Part shown: positions 18,453 to 27,417 of the stretch, in pieces | Layout: every line of letters begins with the position of its first letter | How positions within the stretch are numbered: the first letter of the stretch is position 1 | Virus record (IMG/VR): IMGVR_UViG_3300044852_000047 | Coordinates: 10,058-74,057 of that record | Source: a virus | Taxonomy: Duplodnaviria; Caudoviricetes | Length of the DNA: 64,000 bases | Reading direction: 5' to 3' (one strand) | Program-made: the position numbers and the translations under genes | Notes under the pieces: model-generated | The model's input: the letters and a program-made list of their open reading frames with translations, nothing else | Told to the model about the DNA's origin: nothing | Databases searched by the model: none

Positions 18453-18749
18453 TTAGCCGAGGGCCAGTTGATTCTCCGCTTCAGAACGCACGGCGTTAAA
18501 CGACAACGACAACTTGCTGGTCAGGCCATTCAACCGACCTTCACGGGTGGGTTCTTCCGACAACCACGCCAACAGTTGTTTGTGAATCGGGTCCGACTCT
18601 TTCAGGGGCACACTCACCAGCCGAACTTTGTCGCCGGCCGCGGTGGGAATGGAGATGTTGATAAAGCCCTTGGCCTTCTCCCATTCACCCTGAGTGTCGC
18701 TGTTACGGGTACCGCGGGTAGTTGCTTTGTCGCCGTTTTTAATTGCCAT
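18453..18749 (-). CDS. Drc / N4 gp2-like ssDNA-binding RNAP II cofactor
   Basis: GFINISIPTAAGDKVRLVSVPL...RSEAENQLAL resembles LUZ7 Drc as recalled; early gene just upstream of RNAP II. Confidence 0.75.
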   Translation of the reverse strand: MAIKNGDKATTRGTRNSDTQGEWEKAKGFINISIPTAAGDKVRLVSVPLKESDPIHKQLLAWLSEEPTREGRLNGLTSKLSLSFNAVRSEAENQLALG

Positions 18750-18824
18750 GAGATGTCTCTCCAATGTGAACTTGGTGTACTGGGTTAGTTGGATTGCAAG
18801 CGTGCACAGGCCCTTGCCCTTGCG

Positions 18825-18837
18825 CGCCCGCAGGGCG
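18825..18837 (-). promoter_or_regulatory. Candidate vRNAP early promoter hairpin
   Basis: CGCCC-GCA-GGGCG on the plus (template) strand upstream of the Drc-like gene. Confidence 0.6.
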
Positions 18838-18864
18838 TTACGGTGTTACAGGTGGAACGAGGTG

Positions 18865-19059
18865 TTACAACCAACCACCGGACGGGGTTAGTTCATTGCT
18901 GAAGGAATCCAGCAACTTAACGTCGCGCATCACTTGTTTGCCGTGCGCGCATTGAATACGCACATGGTCAATCGCATGACTGGTGTTGCGTGCCGCGAAT
19001 TCTTGCTCATGCACTACACCGGACTCGTCGGTGAAGAACAGCGTGTAGAAGTAGCTCAT
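18865..19059 (-). CDS. Early hypothetical protein (64 aa)
   Basis: ORF with GGAG RBS. Confidence 0.65.
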   Translation of the reverse strand: MSYFYTLFFTDESGVVHEQEFAARNTSHAIDHVRIQCAHGKQVMRDVKLLDSFSNELTPSGGWL

Positions 19060-19062
19060 GAC

Positions 19063-19305
19063 TCACTCCTTGAATGGTTTGGTGATTGGCAGACCACTGC
19101 CAATCAGTTGTTGGGCAATGGCCTGGGTATCAATGGGTAAACCCAATCCCCGCAGTTCGTGGAGGATCTCCTTGACCGTCAACCGACTCTGTACCCCATT
19201 GGCCACGATCTTGTAGATACGCGCCGCTTGCTCGCACTCTGCACACACACCTTCGGGTGTTTCGCCATGCTTGGAACAGGTGAAGTAATCATCAACAGAA
19301 GCCAT
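19063..19305 (-). CDS. Early hypothetical protein with Cys/His cluster
   Basis: MASVDDYFTCSKHGETPEGVCAEC; GGAG RBS. Confidence 0.6.
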   Translation of the reverse strand: MASVDDYFTCSKHGETPEGVCAECEQAARIYKIVANGVQSRLTVKEILHELRGLGLPIDTQAIAQQLIGSGLPITKPFKE

Positions 19306-19347
19306 TGAGAAGTTCTCCAGACAAGTGGGGTGAGTCAGTCCCACCGT

Positions 19348-19358
19348 GTCCGCAGGAC
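19348..19358 (-). promoter_or_regulatory. Candidate vRNAP early promoter hairpin
   Basis: GTCC-GCA-GGAC; C lies 11 nt 5' of the loop centre, as in N4 promoters. Confidence 0.55.
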
Positions 19359-19849
19359 GCTGGCTAGAGGGCGCGCATAGTATCGGGTGAATATCGGTTC
19401 AGCTAATAGACAGGAAAGGAAAGAGACGGACGGTCAAAGTTTTAGGGGGAAGTTTCTATAACTTCAATAACCCAGTGTTTCACTCCAAAACCCCTCTCAT
19501 TCTCTCCCTAGCAGCGCCTGTGCTGTTTTGTCCTCCTTTAAGGAGTACGCCAAGGCGTGGGAATTAATAACTCTTACATGGACTTACAGAGGCTCGGTTA
19601 TCTTTTACATGAACAGAGTTCTGGTACACATTGGGTACCGGGTACGCGTGCGCGTATCGCAGGTGTGCACTCAGCGCTATCCACTGCGTGCAGTTCTTTA
19701 GTCTATTTGGGTCACAGGTGACAGACGGATTAAGGGTGTGGGTTATCCGCCAAGGCGGAGGTACTGTCGTTCCCACTCCCTTGGTAATCCTACTGTCCCT
19801 GCTGTGTGCTCTTGCTGTGTGCTGTTTGTGTGCTGTTAAAAGGGCAAGC

Positions 19850-19869
19850 CCTAACCCCGAAGGATTAGG
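19850..19869 (-). terminator. UUCG hairpin, probable terminator
   Basis: Minus strand CCTAATCC-TTCG-GGGTTAGG, then GCTTGCCCTTTT. Confidence 0.6.
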
Positions 19870-20008
19870 ACTGGCGATCTTGCATGATGAGTGCTTTGGT
19901 CAGGCAGACCAGGCGACGACGATTGGTGCGGGCACAAGGATAGGGTTGCTCCTCGTAGCAAGTAAGGAAACTGAACAAGTCTTTGAAGCAGCCATGATTG
20001 ATGCGCAT
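19865..20008 (-). CDS. Small early protein (47 aa)
   Basis: Hand-translated MRINHGCFKDLFSFLTCYEEQPYPCARTNRRRL...; GGAGA RBS. Confidence 0.55.
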   Translation of the reverse strand: MRINHGCFKDLFSFLTCYEEQPYPCARTNRRRLVCLTKALIMQDRQS

Positions 20009-20022
20009 GTGATTCTCCAGCA

Positions 20023-20046
20023 GTACCCACCCTGAAGGGCAGGCAC
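20023..20046 (-). terminator. RNA hairpin after the first early gene
   Basis: Minus strand GTGCCTGCCC-TTCA-GGGTGGGTAC with G-U pairs; no clear U tail. Confidence 0.45.
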
Positions 20047-20060
20047 TTAGTTAGGGTTGA

Positions 20061-20336
20061 TTAAGCAGCAGACGCAGGAGCAACAAGTTTGCCCGAGGCC
20101 GCGATGTCCGCAGACGCCTCACGCTCGATACCACGAATGGTCGAAGCCAAGTTGGCAGTGGACTTGACGCTGAGTTCTTGCAGCATGGCATTACGCTCGA
20201 TACGCGCTTTGTCATTGAAGGAACGAGCTTCTTCCTCGGTCCATGTAGCGATTTCATTGAACGCATTGGCGATCTTCTCAGTAGCACCGAAGAACACAGT
20301 GATAGCTGCGAACAGTTGCTTGAACATCTTGAACAT
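20061..20336 (-). CDS. First early protein (N4 gp1-like)
   Basis: MFKMFKQLFAAITVFF...ATWTEEEARSF; first gene after the inferred terminus; GGAG RBS. Confidence 0.7.
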   Translation of the reverse strand: MFKMFKQLFAAITVFFGATEKIANAFNEIATWTEEEARSFNDKARIERNAMLQELSVKSTANLASTIRGIEREASADIAASGKLVAPASAA

Positions 20337-20375
20337 GGGTAGTACTCCAGAGTGTATGAGGTAGATGTAAGCCAT

Positions 20376-20667
20376 GGTGTACCGCCATAGCCATCCGCCG
20401 CCGCAGGCGTAGTACTAGGGTGGGGTGGGTAGGTCAGGAATTCTTAGGTACTCAAGCACCCGGGGGGGTATCCGGTTAGTTGATGCCCGAACCCAGAAGC
20501 CCTGCATTCACCTTGCCATGTGCAAAATTTTAAAAAGTTTTCCCCTTTCCTGAAAGTTTCGGCGGTCCACTCTTTACCCTAACTCCCACTCCGCACTTTT
20601 TAATTACCCACAAAAAATTTTATAAGTTCTGTTACTCTGCGGCGATACACACCCGCGGTACTAACCA
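20376..20667. other. Inferred genome terminus / direct terminal repeat region
   Basis: Non-coding divergence point between the first early gene and the terminase genes, as in N4 gene order; A/T tracts and G runs. Confidence 0.55.
20399..20409 (-). promoter_or_regulatory. Candidate first vRNAP promoter hairpin
   Basis: CGCC-GCA-GGCG on the plus strand upstream of the gp1-like gene. Confidence 0.55.
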
Positions 20668-21468
20668 ATGACTAACAGCGTGCCCAGTACTTCTCCATTG
20701 GCTTCTCCACAGGCGGCTATTGCTGCACTGGCGCTAACTGTTCCTGTTGTTCCAGTAGTGCCTGTAGTTGCCTCTCCGCCGACTGTCGCTGAACTTACGA
20801 TCAATCAGTTCAAGCAACTGTTGCCAGACAAGGTGAAGCGTTCGATCAATCAGCAGTTGATTGACCAGGTGACCGCGCTGTTGTCTGACCCGGACATGTT
20901 CGAGAATTACCGGGACAACTTGCTGGGCTACACCCGGGTTATGGCCGACGGCCGTTTCAAGATCGAAGACTATGTCTCGGCAGTGAAGTACGTCAGCCAC
21001 AAGTTGAAGGGTGACAGTAACTTAGAGGCGTATATCCGCACCTTCCCGGATCGCTATAACGGGTTCGTGGCGCGGGGGGTGCAGAGCAAGGACATTGCCA
21101 GTTACGTCACCAGTTACAACAAGAACAAGTTGGTCAACCTGATCTATGAACAGACCCTGGTGCCCGACTATGTATTGAACGCCGACATCCGGCAGAAGGC
21201 GATTAACCAGCTGGCCACGTTGATGATGACGGCCACGAGCGAGAAGGTGCAGAGCGACAGTGCCAATGCCCTATTGACCCACCTCAAGGTGCCGGAGGCG
21301 ACCAAGATCCAGCTGGACATTGGTATCAGTGAAGGCAGTGCGATCGCCGCGTTGCGCGAAACCACCCTGGCCCTGGCAGCGCAGCAGCGCCTGATGTTGC
21401 AGGCTGGGCAAATGAACGCCAAGGAAGTCGCCGAGAGTGGCTTGCTGATCGAACAGGACGCCGACTGA
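20668..21468 (+). CDS. N4 gp69-like protein, putative small terminase
   Basis: Immediately upstream of and coupled to terL; SEKVQSDSANALLTHLKVPE. Confidence 0.75.
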   Translation: MTNSVPSTSPLASPQAAIAALALTVPVVPVVPVVASPPTVAELTINQFKQLLPDKVKRSINQQLIDQVTALLSDPDMFENYRDNLLGYTRVMADGRFKIEDYVSAVKYVSHKLKGDSNLEAYIRTFPDRYNGFVARGVQSKDIASYVTSYNKNKLVNLIYEQTLVPDYVLNADIRQKAINQLATLMMTATSEKVQSDSANALLTHLKVPEATKIQLDIGISEGSAIAALRETTLALAAQQRLMLQAGQMNAKEVAESGLLIEQDAD

Positions 21469-23090
21469 TGACTGACCTGGCCATGCACGCAAACCTGGAG
21501 TTGACGCCGCTGGCCAAGGGTGTGGATGACTGGCTGAACGAGGTGACCTACAGCCTCGACCTGGGCTACGTGCCGAGCCTGTTTGCGCTGGAGTTCGTCA
21601 ACTTCATCAAGATGGTCAACGGTGGCAAGGGGGAAGAGAACAAGACCCCTGTGCTGCACTACCGCATGCTCGACCAGGTGGGCTCCGGCGAAACCCGGAT
21701 CACCAACATGGTGTTCCGGGGCGCGGCCAAGACCACGATCATGGGTGAGTACCTGTTCCTGTACATCGGGTGTTTCGGTGCACTGCCTGGGTTCGGCACG
21801 ATCGAGCTGGCGCTGTACGTCTCGGACAGTATCGAGAACGGCGTGAAGAACATGCGCAAGAACCTGGAGTACCGCTGGGAGAACAGTGCGTTCCTCAAGG
21901 AGTACATCCCGGACACGCGCTTCACCGACGTGCGCTGGGAGTTCAGGAACAAGGACGGCAACGTGTTCGTGGTCAAGGGCTACGGCGCCAAGACCGGGGT
22001 CCGGGGTTCCAAGGAGATGGGCGTGCGCCCGCGCTTGGCAGTGCTCGACGACTTGCTCAGCGATGATGACGCCCGTTCGCCGGTGGTGATCGCGGCCATC
22101 GAGGACACCGTGTACAAGGCGATCGATTACGCCCTGCACCCGACGCGCAACATGATCATCTGGTCCGGCACACCGTTCAACGCCAAGGACCCGCTGTACA
22201 AGGCAGTGGAATCCGGGGCGTGGAAGGTTAACGTGTACCCAGTATGCGAGCAGTTTCCGTGTGCCGAGGAGGATTTCAAGCCGGCGTGGGGTGACCGCTT
22301 CACTTACGCCTACGTGAAGAAGAAATACGACGACTCGGTGAAGTCCGGCAAGCTCGAGACCTTCAACCAGGAGCTGATGCTGCGCATCATGTCGGACGAG
22401 GACCGGCTGATTCAGAACCATGAGATCGGCTGGTACAAGATAAACAACGTGTTGAGCAACAAGAACCGCTTCAACTTCTACATCACCACCGACTTTGCCA
22501 CGTCGGTGAGTCAGGCGAGCGACTTCTCGGTGATCTCGGTGTGGGCCTACAACAACAACCGTGACTGGTTGTGGGTGGACGGTATCTGCAAGCGACAAGA
22601 CATGGCGGCGAACATCAATGACCTGTTCCGCCTGGCCCAGATGTATAAGCCATTGAGTGTAGGAGTAGAGGTATCGGGCCAGCAGGGCGGGTTTATTCCC
22701 TGGATTCAGGAGCAGATGCAGCTACGCAACGTGTATTTCTCATTGGCTTCCGACCAGAACAGCAACAAGCCGGGGATTCGCCCCAGCACCAACAAGTTGC
22801 AGCGCTTCAACACCGTGGTGCCACTGTTCAAGTTGCACAAGATCTTCTTTCCGGTGGAAAAACGCTCGAATCCAACAATGGCCGAGATGCTCAATGAAGT
22901 GACCTTGGCTTCGGCCAGTGGTTTCCGCTCGAAGAAGGACGACTTTATCGACACCATCTCCATGTTGGGCCTGATGCCGGCCTGGGCACCGAGTGAAGAT
23001 GCCCCGATCGATTACAACAGTGAGACGGGTATGTGGGAAATGGAAGACAATGTCCAAGTCCAGAGCCGAATCAGTAGTTACGTCGTGTGA
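21468..23090 (+). CDS. terL: Terminase large subunit (N4 gp68-like)
   Basis: FRGAAKTT Walker A, VLDDL Walker B, ITTDFA and KKDDFIDT nuclease motifs. Confidence 0.95.
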   Translation: MTDLAMHANLELTPLAKGVDDWLNEVTYSLDLGYVPSLFALEFVNFIKMVNGGKGEENKTPVLHYRMLDQVGSGETRITNMVFRGAAKTTIMGEYLFLYIGCFGALPGFGTIELALYVSDSIENGVKNMRKNLEYRWENSAFLKEYIPDTRFTDVRWEFRNKDGNVFVVKGYGAKTGVRGSKEMGVRPRLAVLDDLLSDDDARSPVVIAAIEDTVYKAIDYALHPTRNMIIWSGTPFNAKDPLYKAVESGAWKVNVYPVCEQFPCAEEDFKPAWGDRFTYAYVKKKYDDSVKSGKLETFNQELMLRIMSDEDRLIQNHEIGWYKINNVLSNKNRFNFYITTDFATSVSQASDFSVISVWAYNNNRDWLWVDGICKRQDMAANINDLFRLAQMYKPLSVGVEVSGQQGGFIPWIQEQMQLRNVYFSLASDQNSNKPGIRPSTNKLQRFNTVVPLFKLHKIFFPVEKRSNPTMAEMLNEVTLASASGFRSKKDDFIDTISMLGLMPAWAPSEDAPIDYNSETGMWEMEDNVQVQSRISSYVV

Positions 23091-23098
23091 GGTAAGCC

Positions 23099-23818
23099 AT
23101 GAAGTTGACGGAAGTCTTTGCCCAACTCTCTTATGGGGAGTTGAGTTCGTTAAAACTGGGGAGTAGTGCCCCGGGAACTGTAGATCCGAGTAACTACGCG
23201 AAGATTCTGTCGCATGTGAACCTGGGACTGACCGAATTACACAAGCGTTTCCTGTTAAAGGTCGGGACCTTGACCCTTAACATGGTGGACGGGCAGTCAC
23301 TGTACCCGTTGAAGTCGCTGTATCAGATCGGTAACCGCGAAGGCGCCCGCTTTACCCAGTATATTCAAGCCAGTCCGGTGTTTGCCGACGACTTGATCAA
23401 GGTTGAGCAGGTCTTCACTGAACTTAACCTGGAACTGGGACTGAATGACGCGAGTAACTGGCGCAGTGTAAGCACACCAAGTTACAACGTGCTGCAAGTA
23501 TCGCCGGATGTGGTCAAGGAGTTGAAGTTACAGACCCTGCGTGTGGTGTATCGGGCCAATCACCCGCTCATTGTTAAGGAGGACGGGTACTTTGACTTGG
23601 ATTCGGTAGAGGTGGACTTGCCGTACACGCACTTGAGTGCGCTGCTGTTGTTTATTGCCAGCCGACTGCACAACCCCGTGGGGTTTAATACTGTAATGCA
23701 CGAGGGTAACAATTACGCTAGCAAGTTCGAGCACGAGTGTGCTTTACTGAATGAACAGAACTTGCGAGTGGACGTCGTGGCACACAATACCAAGGCGTCA
23801 CAAAAGGGTTTTGGTTGA
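23099..23818 (+). CDS. Virion structural protein (N4 gp67-like)
   Basis: MKLTEVFAQLSYGELS...HVNLGLTELHKRF; syntenic after terL. Confidence 0.75.
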   Translation: MKLTEVFAQLSYGELSSLKLGSSAPGTVDPSNYAKILSHVNLGLTELHKRFLLKVGTLTLNMVDGQSLYPLKSLYQIGNREGARFTQYIQASPVFADDLIKVEQVFTELNLELGLNDASNWRSVSTPSYNVLQVSPDVVKELKLQTLRVVYRANHPLIVKEDGYFDLDSVEVDLPYTHLSALLLFIASRLHNPVGFNTVMHEGNNYASKFEHECALLNEQNLRVDVVAHNTKASQKGFG

Positions 23819-23838
23819 TCGGGCAGGTCAGTAGAACG

Positions 23839-23862
23839 AGGGTCCCTAAAGGGACCCTTTTT
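23839..23862 (+). terminator. Intrinsic terminator
   Basis: AGGGTCCC-TAAA-GGGACCCT plus T tract, between convergent genes. Confidence 0.8.
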
Positions 23863-23874
23863 CTTGCGTGCTAG

Positions 23875-24342
23875 TTACAGGCGGATCAGCCAGTCGGTGG
23901 CCAACATATCCGTTTGACTCGGTACCCAAGCCACGCGAGCCCCTTCCGGGTATGGCCGACTGTTGACCGGGTAACTCAGACGCAAGTACGGCAGATCCAC
24001 ACCGTGTGCCGGGATGTAATCCACCCACATGCCCGCGCCATTCCAGCCGCTGCGCTGCATACGCTTGCCGGCCTTCAGGTACTCCAGGGCATGGCCAAAG
24101 CCAACGCCCGAATTGATGCCCTCATAGGCATTATCGAACTGTGCCTTCGGTGACCAGGAGAGGTAGCCCTCATGGTTTGGGTGGTTGGGTTTACCCCCGT
24201 CCAGGTACTCGACTAGGTAACCCAAATCTTCCCCGTCCTCATCACCGGGCAGTTCCCAGCCACGGTATTGGTTGTATTGCAGGCGATTCATAGCAGTCGC
24301 TAGTACACGTTTGGTGCCAATAAACTCAGACAATTGTTCCAT
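23875..24342 (-). CDS. Two-domain anti-defence sponge: N-terminal small domain plus DUF2829/Tad2-like domain
   Basis: C-terminal FGHALEYLKAGKRMQRSGWNG...WVPSQTDMLATDW; N-terminal IGTK..YRGW..GYLVEY..YLSWSPKAQFDNAY. Confidence 0.85.
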   Translation of the reverse strand: MEQLSEFIGTKRVLATAMNRLQYNQYRGWELPGDEDGEDLGYLVEYLDGGKPNHPNHEGYLSWSPKAQFDNAYEGINSGVGFGHALEYLKAGKRMQRSGWNGAGMWVDYIPAHGVDLPYLRLSYPVNSRPYPEGARVAWVPSQTDMLATDWLIRL

Positions 24343-24370
24343 CGATTACTCCTTGGTTTAGTTGTGTAAA

Positions 24371-24793
24371 TTACTTTCCGGTACTTCCGAAACCACCCGC
24401 GCCGCGTGTAGTTTTCGTCAACGATTCAACGGTAATAAGTTCCGGGGTACTGATCTGCACTAGGACAAACTGCAAGACCCGTTCGCCTTTGGCCCAGCAG
24501 AACGGATTACCGTTCTTGGTGCGTAATGTGGCCATCCACTCCCCGGTGTAGTCGTGATCAATCACACCACAGGTGTTATTCAACTCCAGGCTGAACTTGG
24601 CCCCGGCGCCCGAGCGCGGTAATAACAAGGCGACATGGCCGGCCGGTACTTGCGCTGCAAACCCCAAGTTGAACTTGATGGTTTCGCGTTCGCCTAGTTT
24701 TCCAGCCGTTGGCATGTAGATGTCATAACCGCCGGCAAACTCGGTACTGCGACTTGGGCAAATGAAATCTGCATGTAAGGGTTGAATATTCAT
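24371..24793 (-). CDS. dut: Trimeric dUTPase
   Basis: GYDIY, PRSG, GVIDHDYTGE, RGAGGFGSTG. Confidence 0.95.
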   Translation of the reverse strand: MNIQPLHADFICPSRSTEFAGGYDIYMPTAGKLGERETIKFNLGFAAQVPAGHVALLLPRSGAGAKFSLELNNTCGVIDHDYTGEWMATLRTKNGNPFCWAKGERVLQFVLVQISTPELITVESLTKTTRGAGGFGSTGK

Positions 24794-24841
24794 TATGATG
24801 CGTCCATTGGTGGGTTAAACAACACAGGTGGTTATACAACT

Positions 24842-26998
24842 ATGGCTGATACTCTTGGTACGTCGCCGGATAATCGTCCGCGACTAACAGATTGGGCTAA
24901 AGAACCCACTCTGATGGAACTCAAGCTGGATTTGGAAGAAGCCCGATCGAGCCATGTAGCGCGGGTCTCGGAGATTGAACTGTGGCTCGACAATATGCAC
25001 GTCCGCGGTAAAGCCAAAGTTGACACTGGGGTCGGTAACTCCAAGGTCGTGCCTAAGTTGATTCGAAAACAAGCAGAGTGGCGGTACTCTTCACTGAGTG
25101 ACCCGTTTCTCAGTACGCCTAATTTGTTCAAAGTAAAACCCGTGACTTGGGAAGACCGCGGCGCGGCTGATCAGAACATGATGGTGCTCAACCACCAGTT
25201 CAATAACCGGATCAAGAAACAGAAGTTCATCGACGACTACGTGCGCACCGCCGTGGATGAAGGCACGGTGATTATCAAGGTCGGCTGGGAACACCGGGAA
25301 GAGAAGTACAAGGAAACTGTGCCAGTCATCGAACTGACCCAGAGCCAGGACCCGGCGTACCTACAACAACTGCAACAGTGGATGCAGCTGCAACAGGAAA
25401 ACCCGGCCGGTTTCAGCGAGCTGCCGCCAGAAGTCCAGCAAGCGGTAATCGAGTCGGCCAAGGACAGCATCCCATACGTGGGGAAGGTCGTGGGTACCAA
25501 GGTCCAGGACGCCGTGCGCGTGCTGAAGAACCAGCCGACGCTGGAGATCTGCGATTTCCGCAACGTGATCATCGATCCCACCTGCCAGGGTGACATCGAC
25601 AAGGCTGGTTTCGTGATCCACCGCTTCGAGTCCTCGCTGTCGGAGCTGAAGGCCGACGGTCGTTACAAGAACCTTGAATTCATTGAAGCAAGTAGCAACT
25701 CGCCCTTGGGAGAACCTGATTATGCGTCGGCATCCACTGGCTCAAAAAACTTCAATTACGCTGACAAAGCCCGTAAAAAGTTTGTTGTTTATGAATATTG
25801 GGGATTTCGCGATATTGATAACAGTGGTGTTGTTAGCCCTGTGCTGGTCACTTGGGTAGGCAACAACTGCATCCGCATGGAAACCAACCCGTTTCCTGAC
25901 AAGAAAGTCCCGTTTGTGCTGGTGCCGTACATGCCGGTGCGCCGTGACAGCTATGGCGAGACGGATGGTGCACTGCTCGAGGACAACCAACAGATCATCG
26001 GCGCCACCGTGCGCGGCATGATCGACATCATGGCCAAGTCGGCCAACGGCCAGACCGGTATCCTAAAGGGTGCACTAGATACCACCAATAAACGCCGCTT
26101 CGACCGGGGCGAGGACTACGAGATCAATGCACAGGCGGACCCGCGCAGTGCGATCTTCATGCACACCTTCCCCAACATCCCGCAATCGGCGCAATTCATG
26201 CTGCAAATGCAGAACATGGAGGCCGAATCGCTGACCGGGGTGAAAGCCTTCAACAATGGCATCTCCGGGGAATCCCTCGGGCCGACTGCCGCTGGCGTGC
26301 GCGGAGCGCTCGATGCCTCCAGCAAGCGTGAACTGGGGATTCTGCGTCGACTGTCCAACGGCATGGTCGAAGTAGGGCACAAGCTGATCAGCATGAACGC
26401 AGTGTTCCTCTCCGACGTAGAAGTGGTGCGGGTGACCAACGATCAGTTCGTGCCGGTACGGCGTGACGACCTGGCTGGGGCTTTCGACCTGGAACTGACC
26501 ATCACCACCGCCGAGGAAGACAACGCCAAGGCGCAGGAACTGGCGTTCATGTTGCAAACCATGGGCAATAGCGTGGACTTCGGTATTACCCAGATGGTGC
26601 TGGAAGATATTGCTTCGTTGCGCAAGATGCCGGACCTGGCACACCGGATCAAAATGTACCAACCGCAACCTGATCCGATGCAACAACAGAAGGCGCAGTT
26701 AGAACTTGCCTTGTTACAAGCGCAGATTGCCACCGAACAAGCCAAGGCTGCTCATTATGGTTCCGGCGCACAATTGCAGGGTGCGAAAATTGGAACTGAA
26801 CAAGCAAAAGCGCGGCATGTTACCAGTCAGGCGGATCTCACTGACTTGAACTTTGTGGAGCAAGAGAGTGGTGTTAAACAGCACCGTGATCTTCAGAAAC
26901 AAGGGGCGCAAGCACAGGCGCAAGGCCAACTTCAAATCTTGGAACATCAACTTGCCATGAAAGAGCAAGCCAAGGCGGAAGTACTTGGTAATAAGTAA
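24842..26998 (+). CDS. Portal protein (N4 gp59-like)
   Basis: LTDWAKEPTL..LK.D, PKLIRKQAEWRY; about 718 aa; synteny. Confidence 0.9.
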   Translation: MADTLGTSPDNRPRLTDWAKEPTLMELKLDLEEARSSHVARVSEIELWLDNMHVRGKAKVDTGVGNSKVVPKLIRKQAEWRYSSLSDPFLSTPNLFKVKPVTWEDRGAADQNMMVLNHQFNNRIKKQKFIDDYVRTAVDEGTVIIKVGWEHREEKYKETVPVIELTQSQDPAYLQQLQQWMQLQQENPAGFSELPPEVQQAVIESAKDSIPYVGKVVGTKVQDAVRVLKNQPTLEICDFRNVIIDPTCQGDIDKAGFVIHRFESSLSELKADGRYKNLEFIEASSNSPLGEPDYASASTGSKNFNYADKARKKFVVYEYWGFRDIDNSGVVSPVLVTWVGNNCIRMETNPFPDKKVPFVLVPYMPVRRDSYGETDGALLEDNQQIIGATVRGMIDIMAKSANGQTGILKGALDTTNKRRFDRGEDYEINAQADPRSAIFMHTFPNIPQSAQFMLQMQNMEAESLTGVKAFNNGISGESLGPTAAGVRGALDASSKRELGILRRLSNGMVEVGHKLISMNAVFLSDVEVVRVTNDQFVPVRRDDLAGAFDLELTITTAEEDNAKAQELAFMLQTMGNSVDFGITQMVLEDIASLRKMPDLAHRIKMYQPQPDPMQQQKAQLELALLQAQIATEQAKAAHYGSGAQLQGAKIGTEQAKARHVTSQADLTDLNFVEQESGVKQHRDLQKQGAQAQAQGQLQILEHQLAMKEQAKAEVLGNK

Positions 26999-27010
26999 TC
27001 TTGAACTAAC

Positions 27011-27037
27011 ACGGGGCCGCTGATATGGTGGCCCCGT
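27011..27037 (+). terminator. Hairpin after the portal gene
   Basis: ACGGGGCC...GGCCCCGT followed by an AT-rich run. Confidence 0.45.
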
Positions 27038-27069
27038 TATTCAATTACTTCTCCAAGTGAGTCCATGCC

Positions 27070-27417
27070 ATGTCTGACAGTCAAGTTCGTGACATTGAAC
27101 GGGCGATCGCATCTGACAAAGTCAAAGCGGAAGCCGGTAAAGCACTAGAACGTCTGCGTCGTAATCCAGATTTCAAAAGTTTGATTGTTCAAGGCTACCT
27201 CAAAGATGAAGCGGTGCGCCTGGTACATGCCAAGGCTGACCCACAGTTTGATTCGCCGACACGCCAGGCTGCGATTGACCGCGACATTAACGCGATTGGT
27301 GCTTTTGCGGTGTTCCTGCGCACTACCGAACAACTGGGTGGCTCCGCCATGGCGTCTCTGGAAACCAATGAGCGTGAACTTGAATTGATTCACCAGGAGG
27401 AGTTGAGCAATGTCTGA
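27070..27417 (+). CDS. N4 gp58-like protein
   Basis: ALERLRRNPDFKSLIVQGYLKDEAVRLV; synteny. Confidence 0.75.
   Translation: MSDSQVRDIERAIASDKVKAEAGKALERLRRNPDFKSLIVQGYLKDEAVRLVHAKADPQFDSPTRQAAIDRDINAIGAFAVFLRTTEQLGGSAMASLETNERELELIHQEELSNV

Noticed and set aside
19564-19776. 70-aa minus-strand ORF in the early gap
   Set aside because: No strong RBS and overlaps the palindromic elements; more likely non-coding.
21168-22598. 476-aa minus-strand ORF
   Set aside because: Shadow of the terminase genes.
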